NCBI RefSeq assembly: GCF_044704955.1
Contig: NC_091987.1
Coordinates: forward strand, 205,778,001-205,842,000
Length of the DNA stretch: 64,000 nt
Source of the DNA: Pristiophorus japonicus
Lineage: Eukaryota
Direction of reading: 5' to 3'
Below the pieces are notes generated by a model, which was not told the origin of the DNA, ran no database searches, and saw only the letters and a list, made by a program, of their open reading frames with translations. Below are positions 63,406 through 64,000 of this stretch, one piece after another. Position 1 is the first letter of the stretch. Every line of letters starts with the position of its first letter. The translations under genes and the position numbers were made by a program.

Positions 63406-64000
63406 AGTAAATAATACAATACAAAATTAAATTATATTAATTAACCAAATTTATATACATTGTTCGTCATAGAAAAGACAACGGCATTTCATTTGACATT
63501 ATTTAACACCTCTGTGACCATTTATTAGTGTCCCATCAATGCTTATAAGAACAACGCATACGAACAGACGAATTAAGTGTGTGCATTTAGTCATTAAGAA
63601 ATGTAGCTAGTAATAGACATACTGGACCCAAACCAAAGAACCTATTAGACTCTTGCACTTCACTGTGATACATCTTTATTTGTCCTTAAGAACTTCCTTT
63701 TTGAATTTATTTTCGAAGCTGACCATTTTGCATATTATAGCTAGATGTGTACTATAGTGAATGTTCTATTCCATAACATCAAATTTCACCAAGAAATCAG
63801 AAGCCAAGGTCCTGTTTCTTAAAAGTGAGATGGTATTCTGAATGAGAAACTTTTAATGAGAATAGGAGGCGTGCACTTAATGCTGTTTGTCACATCAGGG
63901 TTTGTGAATGTTGGCAAAGAGGCCATTGGAAATGTAGAGCAATTTGTGCAGTCAGAGAAAGAAAGAAAGACTTCCATTTATATAGCGCCTTTCACAACCA

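Noticed and set aside
1-64000. CRISPR array, prokaryotic operon or retron-like system
   Set aside because: The window is vertebrate DNA. All RT sequences are LINE-type and I see no regularly spaced repeat-spacer array.

Overview
Vertebrate, repeat-rich, intron-containing DNA, almost certainly from a shark (elasmobranch): the alphaB-crystallin closely matches the dogfish protein as I recall it, and the repeats are shark-type CR1/HER1 LINEs and Deu-domain SINEs. Three spliced genes were rebuilt by hand with GT-AG junctions and consistent phases. They are a C11orf52 orthologue (minus strand, 4 coding exons, 13527 to 1450, 116 aa, missed by the ORF track), HSPB2 (minus, 2 exons, 185 aa) and CRYAB (plus, 3 exons, 177 aa). 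HSPB2 and CRYAB are head-to-head, and the gene order matches human 11q23.1. The rest is largely mobile DNA: CR1 LINEs (one with an intact 968-aa ORF2), L2-like, RTE-like and Tx1-like fragments, two SINE families, Harbinger-like non-autonomous elements and a solo LTR. Main leads: (1) C11orf52 looks like a lipid-anchored ITIM+ITSM+PDZ-ligand adaptor carrying TEYATI, the PD-1 ITSM sequence; (2) a U6 snRNA/CR1 chimeric retrocopy; (3) a possible -1 frameshift signal between CR1 ORF1 and ORF2; (4) the same LTR-like/Tx1-like junction at two loci; (5) a fold-back palindrome. Repeat boundaries are approximate and family names come from recognition, not database searches.
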